Origin: the human T2T-CHM13v2.0 reference genome, Homo sapiens
NCBI RefSeq assembly: GCF_009914755.1
Contig: NC_060929.1
DNA: 64,000 nucleotides
Reading direction: 5' to 3' (one strand)
Shown: positions 56,831 to 64,000 of the stretch, piece by piece
Position numbering within the stretch: position 1 is the first letter of the stretch
How the letters are laid out: each line of letters opens with the position of its first letter
Made by a program: the position numbers and the translations under genes
Notes under the pieces: model-generated
Seen by the model: the letters and a program-made list of their open reading frames with translations, nothing else
Told to the model about the DNA's origin: nothing
The model's database searches: none

Positions 56831-58772
56831 CCACATCATCCAATGTTGACCAAGAGAGGCAGCTTCTTCCGAACTAGACAGACCTATTAACATGTGTTTC
56901 TCAATAGAGATAATCCTTCCCCTGATAGAAACAGGTTTTTTTCCCCTACTTGCTAAGTATCTAATATGGTCTGTGTTCATATGCATAAAATGGCTAATAA
57001 AATATTGAAGCGACCCTCAGTTTAGACTTTAGTATTCTATTACCCTCATCCTTGCTTCTCAGATACATCCTTTTAAACATATGCTACACATTCATTTAAT
57101 GCCAGTGTACCAATAAAAATTAGTACATCTTGATTCTGTATCGAAGTACATGACAATTAGCTTCCTAATGTAGCCAAAAACTTTCAAATATCTAAGTCAT
57201 GATTTTAAAATACATCATTTCTGTCTCTAAATTTTAGGACACACTTCAGGTGTATAATTTTGCTTTGGCAAGTTGCATCCAAGGAAGTTTGGCATTCTAT
57301 ACTATGGGATCGTATGCTCAATTTTCAGATTAATATCCTGTCCTCTCAAAGGGCAGAATATGCCTCTGCTATTGCAGTGTCATGCAACTAATTGTTATTG
57401 CTTTTGGTATAAAGAACAAGCTTTAGAGTACTGCAATTCTTTCAGAGGAAGTTTTAGTTATCCCAAGAGTGTACATTTTGTTTTACAATACATTTTTGCC
57501 TTCTACATTCCTTTTTTTAAAATGTTTATTACAAATGTTAATATTAAACAGATGGGTTTTATTTTTGTGACTGAGTATGCATTTAATAGATGCTGTGAAC
57601 ACTTCCCTTCATGAAAAGACTGTTTTGCTTTTGAGCCAAGGCTTGACATATTTCCTTTCTGAAACACTCCCTTGTTTAGCTATTTGCTTGTTCTACCTTT
57701 AAACTTATTCTGCGTTTGGCATCGAATCATTTAGGTGTTTCACATAGAAAGTGAGCATTTCTATTTACAAAGACCAGAGAAGAATTCTACACACTGGCAC
57801 ATTTCCCATTGTGCTGGCATCACCATCTTCCAGGTGTGCCTTCCTCCCAATTTATAAAGCAGTTCTGCTGTCCACATTCTGTTGGGCAAAAAGAGTTCTG
57901 CAAAAGAAACAATTTTTATTGAGTTAGCAATTTATTTCCTATCAATCAATCACATGAAGTAAAATCTCTTTTTTGATCCAGTTAATATTGGTTTGCATTC
58001 TTTGTATCTTATCTCTTAAACTTTGAACCACAAGGGTTAGACAAACTCTTATTTTGTTACCCATAAGGCAGATTCATTGCATTTAAAGTTACAAATATCA
58101 TTATTACATACTTTAATTATAAAAGCAACATAATCACATGAATAGAAATATAAACCAAAAAAATCCACTATTCTTTACTTAAATGCAATCATTATTTCTT
58201 TTCATACAAATTTTTTCACATACTTATAATAATGATGTCCGCATGATTTAGTATCTTACTTTGTAATTGACTAACATTTTATTATAAGGCGTTTCCATGT
58301 TGTGACATAGTCTCCTCAACCCTCCTTTTTTATAACCATCATTTCAATGGCTACATATTATTCCATTCAAGCATAACTCTATAATTAATTTAAATATTCC
58401 CCTATTTAGGAACATTTGGAATACACTTGATATTTGATAAGATAAAGAAGACTGCTAGGGGCATCTTTGTACTTACAGCTTTTTACATATTTTGTTTCAC
58501 CTAATAGTGAGACTGTTTACATATTTCTAGATAATGTATTAATCTACCTAGATCTATATCTAATAGAGTAGATCTCTCTGTATCTATTATTGCTTTCTTA
58601 CAACTGTTAAATTTTGAAACCCTAACATCAGGCAAGGGTAAAACCAGTAAGTATATTATAAAGAGACAATCTTCTACAATGCTAAATATGTTAACTAATT
58701 TATTCAAAATATGCTTTTGAGCAGTACTATGGATACTATTCCTGATGTACTAAGAAGGCAACAGTGACCAAG

Positions 58773-59104
58773 TACCTTGGTATACTGGGCTGCTCTAGCA
58801 AAATACCATAGACTGGATGGTCCAAGATTAGGGTGCCAGCATGTTTAGGTTCTGGTGAGGGCCCTCTTTTGGGTTGCAGACTGTTTTCTTATTGTGTCCT
58901 CACATAGTGGAAGGAGCAAACAAGCTTTTTAAAGCCTGTTTTATAATACAAGGGCAATAGTTACATTCACGAGAGCTCTGCCCTCATGACCTAATCACCT
59001 CCCCAAAGGCCCCAAACCTATTAATACTGTGGGGCTTAAGGTTTCAATATATAAATTTGTAGATCAAGGGGGAGGTGAGACACACAAACATTCAGATCAT
59101 AGCA
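58773..59104. mobile_element. MLT1A-like MaLR LTR nested in an L2 fragment, 5-bp TSD CCAAG
   Basis: gggctgctctagcaaaataccatagactgg...aaacattcagatcatagca; CCAAG at 58768-58772 and 59105-59109. Confidence 0.8.
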
Positions 59105-60502
59105 CCAAGGGAGCCACCATCTCTGTCTTGATGGGGTTTTCCTTATTACAGGTGGTGTAGACTAGCCTACAGAGTGACCGGTACTTTGAGGAAGTAGAGG
59201 TCCTGTGGAAACACATAGAAGGAATTGAATCCCCTCCTCATGGAGCCTCAAATGGCTTCCTAGAGGAAGTAGCATTGAAATAAAGCATAATAAACGAAGA
59301 ATTAGTCAGCAAAACTGTAAGATGGGATAGAGAAAGGGGGATGAGTGCATTTCAGGAAATATAATGTCACGTGAAAGCAAAGGGGCATATATGTATTAGA
59401 GGAACTCAAAGAAGGTAGTATGCCAGGAGAAGAGACTGCGGATAGGACCATTGAATGTTTCTTTTGCATTTTACCTAACATTCATCAGCAATCACATTTA
59501 ATGCGTAATCTTAGATTAATTGATTGAGTTTATCATCAAAACTACCTTTCCAACAGAATTCATCCCATTCCAATACAAGGCAATGTATTAGAGGTCAGTT
59601 AAACTGCATCCTCGCCAGCATCAGATGGTATCACTTAGGTTACTTTAATAGCACGGTAATAAAAAAGATATATCATTCATGTTTATAACAAGCATTTTAA
59701 GGTCTATGGAGTGATTTAAGGGAAACCCCCAGGGAAGATCTGTTCAAAGAGATCTTCTACAATTCTTTTCCTGAATACTGAGATTCCTATTCTGTCTCCT
59801 TTGGCTAAAGGTATTGAAGGCCCTTGTAAATTTACAAATTTATTAGTTGGAATAATTACATATTCAATTCCTTTTGGCCATGAACACTTTGTAATAAGTT
59901 TTTTTCATATTGATTAGCAAAGACCTGTGTCTTTAAAGAATAGATCACAGTGGAGTTAAATTTTGATCGTAAATTTTGAGGTGGAAATGATCCCAAATAA
60001 GAATTTCTCCTTGGAAAGTGAAAACTTAGGTGTTGGTATTGGACTTACAGAAGACTTGGAAAGCAAGATAGAGAATAGAAAGGGGCTATTACCCTCAAAA
60101 TATTATAAACTGTCTCTAAGTCATACCCTATTCACAATTTTTCCTAGTCCCAGCGCTGTCCAAAGTAGTAATTCTACAGGAAAATGAAAAATACCTTTGA
60201 AAGATAACTTTTTTTGAACATCAAATGTGATGACTTTTAGCTGCATGGCCAATTTCTCAATGTAATATAGACCAATGGAATCATGGTTTCCTTTCTACTC
60301 TGGCTGTTAGGCCACACATTAGTAGGTATGGCCCGTATCTGAGAAACTCATAAAAAAACTGCACAAAGTAGGGAGGATGGCGATTAACACAGTTGTTGGC
60401 AGCAAAATTAGGGGGAGTAATTTAATTTTGATTTTGTTCTAGCAATCATTATAACTAGTATTTCTAGTCTTATATGGCATTTGCAATTCACTGTTTAAAT
60501 AT

Positions 60503-60860
60503 TGTGGCAGTTATTTGGCTCTTTAAAAATATTCTGATCCTCCTCCTTCTGGGCATGTGGTTATTGTGATTCCCTAACTTCCATTAAATTGTAACTTGCT
60601 TTGGCTAATGGGAAGAAAAGGAAAGTGATGTGTATCTCTTCCATGTGGAAACATTAGCCAGTGGAAGATGAAATCCAATGGACTGGCTTTGAACCATATC
60701 CATTCAATAGCCAACGAAGAATGTGGAAATGTGAGGAGCTGACCATGAAGCTCCATATCTGTCTTTGGATGTTAGATGAGGCAGACATAGTTTTGTATCC
60801 AATTTAAGCTACTATTGTTTGTTTTTCACAGCAGGTAAGATTGTAACCTAACTAATACTA
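60503..60860. mobile_element. Old MLT1 LTR
   Basis: tgtggcag...ctgatcctcctcc...gtaacttgctttggctaatgg...aacctaactaatac. Confidence 0.5.
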
Positions 60861-61475
60861 TGAGAAAATTGAGATGTGAGAGAGAAAGATATCAAAGAGT
60901 TGGACAGAATTGGAATGATCAGAGCTTTGGGGGTAAAATAGTCTTAAAGATAGAGCAAACAAATTCAAAATGCATTGTTAACAAAGTTGTATTCACCTTG
61001 TATTTGTTTAATATTAGGAGAAGCAAGTGTCAAACTTTTCCAAAATAATACACATTAGTTAATTTACTGTAATTCTGCAACACATACCTTCAGTATTAGA
61101 TACCAAAAAAATGCCTTTGGATGCCAATGAGTTTCAGCAGCAAACTTCACTTTATGAGCTCACTCATAGGAAACCACTTGTTCTGTCATCCCTCAGAATA
61201 GTTTAATTAGAGAATAAGAAAATACAAGAAACAGTTTCAAATCTTATGCCTCTCTCCATTCACCTTTTCCCCATTTTTGTGCCATGGGTTAATTGCCACA
61301 ATCTTAAGAATATATATTTTTTTCATCTAGCAGCACATGAATGAATGTTCTCTGCTCCCAGAAGACCTGGCAGCCAAAGAATTACATTCCCCAGGCCCGG
61401 TGACTCTCTGTAGGCTACTGACTATAAGAAATGGGATTTGCCTCAGGGCTGATAGATTATAAACCTAGCTCTGGA

Positions 61476-62165
61476 TGTATCAGGTTAGTTTGTGTAACAC
61501 ATAAGAACTGTTAGGTTGCATATAATAGAAAACATTACAAGTAGTGACTTAAGTCATAATGATACTTCTTATTCCATTTTTTAAAAAGTCTAGAAATAGA
61601 AGGTGCCAAGATTAGTTGACTTCAGTGGCAAAATGACATCATCAAAGTCCTAGACATGTTCTATTCTTCTATTCTGCTATTCTCAGCATGTTAGCCTCCA
61701 TTCCTCTTGGATATAAGATGGGTCACCCCACTCCACATTTATGTCCTTCTTCAATTCTATTAGAAAGCAGGAAGCCAGAAGGGAGAACAAGAGGGAGTTT
61801 TCTCCCTGATGTCCAAATCAAGAAGGAAAATCCTTGCTAGAAGCCCATTAAGACTTTGCTACTCAAATTGTGGTCCTCAGATCACAGCATCACCCATCAC
61901 TAGTGAACTTATTAAAATGCAATGTCCCTGGCCCTGCCTGATTCAGATTCAGTATTTTGACACTATGTCCGGGTGATACCTATACACAGCAGAGTTTGAA
62001 AAGCATTGCTCTAATAGATGTTTTTCTACATCTTTTTAGCCAGAACTTGGTGACAAGGCTATCCCCAGATGGAAGGGAAGATGGGAAAATCATCTTTTTT
62101 CAGCCTCTTTACTGGAAAGAAGAAAGGGCCAGTGAGATAGGAAATAGATGTTGGGTAGACAATTC
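61476..62165. mobile_element. Old MLT1 LTR with nested MER5-like fragment (~61855-62012)
   Basis: tgtatcagg...attctcagcatgttagc...; ctactcaaattgtggtcctcagatcacagcatc...agtttgaaaagcattg. Confidence 0.5.
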
Positions 62166-64000
62166 CCAGAGTCTGCCATGGTATTTTTCCAGGGACAGGG
62201 TGGTACAGAATGCCATGCTCCCTACAGTTCACTGTGACTCTCTGAGTTCGTACAGCCTATGAAAGCTGTCCAGAGAATGCAGCACTGGCCTCACCAGTAG
62301 TATTTTTAACGGCAGGTTGAGACTTTAACCACGTGATTTTGGAGAGGTTTCTTGTTTTTATAATCTTGAGGCTTAAGAGAACCATCTGACTCAGGGGAAT
62401 TCAAAGGAAAAATATTAAAGCTGGTATAATTGAAGGGAAGGTGAAGACTGTAAAATAACAGGTTACTTTTGAGTTTTGGTTTGCATGAAACATAAAATCT
62501 ATTCTCGCGTGTACTTTTTTCTCTGCTATACATTAGTTTTCTGGCCTTATTGAAAAAATATACTAAGAGGATTGTTTATGAATATGAAATAACTGCCTTA
62601 CAGAATTCTAGTTTATTAAATGAGAATTGTGCTGTTTCTAAATTAAGCCATTAATAAACAGTCTTCTTAAGTGTTTCATAAAGTAAAACTGTAATAAGCT
62701 TTCCAATAATACAAAGTAATAAAACATGAGAGTAAAATGGCAGATAGAAAAAAATAATAAAATAAAGGAAAAATGTGGCACATGTTTTAATCTTGGGGTA
62801 AGAACCTTGTAAACTCTAATTTAAGCCAATCTCAGTTTGACTTCCTGGTGATTACATCATGATTTACATGTGGTCGCATAAATACATCTGAACACTCATT
62901 TAGAAGCCACCTGAATGAGTGATTTTTCCTGCTGGTTATTAAAAGGCATGTTGAGAATTAATCTTGGGCCACATTTCCACCTTCTCCTAACCAAATCCTC
63001 ATTTTGTTTCATTCATGGAAAATATATATTCCCAATGAACCTGTATCATTGTTGCCTTACCAGTTTGATATGATAGAATAAATTGGATTTAATCCCAGAG
63101 AAACAGACATGTTTTCAGGGAAAAAGCAGAGGAGGCTTCAATATAGAAATGTTTTTTTGACTTCAGAAATACTGCACATACTCAATAGTGTGTCCTTAAA
63201 TTGAGAGCAAAGATGTATCAGCAGTCATATGCAGGAGAGCAAAGAACTGGGGACAGGTCACTCCTTACATCACTTGGCATGTTTTAGGTGCATATAGTTC
63301 TCATCAAATTGGCTGGGAGGCTCCCACAGAGATCTGCAGGCAAACTGGCACCCACTAAAACAATTGTGAATTTCCATAAAAATCCATGCCATGGGCGCCA
63401 AAGCAAACTTGTAAAAATTGTCCACTTTCAGGCAACCTGGACAAAAACCTTAGGAGGGCTGGAGTCATTATCAAAAGGGCTCTATAAGAGTCAAGAGAAA
63501 TGTATTCCTGGTTTATTCAAATGCAGGTTCTTGTAAATGGCACAGCCACGGTGAGCCAAATTTGCATTTCCTACCAGGAGCTTGGATTAAGCTCAGCCTA
63601 ACCTGGCCAGTTAAAACAATGAGACCCTTTTGGCTCTTTTACCTGGGATGCTAAAGGAAAATTTCAGAAATGTGATGATTCTGGAACTTAAATTTAAAGA
63701 TTTGGGTATTAATTGGCAATTTTGGAGAAATCCTATTTTTAGCTTTTCAGATAGATTGCATCCATTGAACTAAAAGAGAAATAATATTCTCAACAAAGCA
63801 ATAAAAGCAAGTTTAATTATGAAACTCAAAAATTTAAGCATATTTTTTCCTTTTTGATATCTGAATTTCATATTCTCATCAAACGTGAGTTACATCCAGT
63901 CAGTTTAGTGGTAAATCAGAATGTCACCACTTGACCTTGGCAAAGTCACCTGGTAATGAGGATGAAAGGTACATGGAACAATTTGTGTCTATCTGAGTCA

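Overview
AT-rich mammalian genomic DNA. It is primate (Alu elements) and the encoded protein matches human LOX. The window holds the complete lysyl oxidase gene LOX on the minus strand. I traced seven coding exons at GT-AG junctions: 20110-20740, 19648-19756, 18160-18297, 16769-16925, 13252-13347, 12810-12925 and 9499-9505. They total 1254 nt (417 aa plus stop). A CpG island/promoter spans ~19.55-21.45 kb. The ~3.5 kb 3'UTR has several poly(A) signals and miR-29/200/30/145/27/24 seed sites. The remaining ~43 kb upstream of LOX is intergenic and rich in repeats (Alu, MIR, L1M, L2, MLT/ERV LTRs, MER1A, MER2, Tigger4, MER3). Repeat subfamily calls are from recognition by eye and are approximate. 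No other protein-coding gene is supported. The best second-look items are: (1) a ~110-bp element with a terminal stem, duplicated on both sides of LOX exon 4; (2) an intron-6 donor that creates an immediate stop, so a near-full-length LOX could be made without the normal 3'UTR; (3) an antisense acceptor/ratchet-like site in intron 3; (4) a templated insertion inside MER1A; (5) a near-perfect 128-bp tandem duplication beside a hairpin in an old L1; (6) a candidate spliced minus-strand transcript end at ~50.0-50.8 kb. None is demonstrated to be a new biological system from sequence alone.
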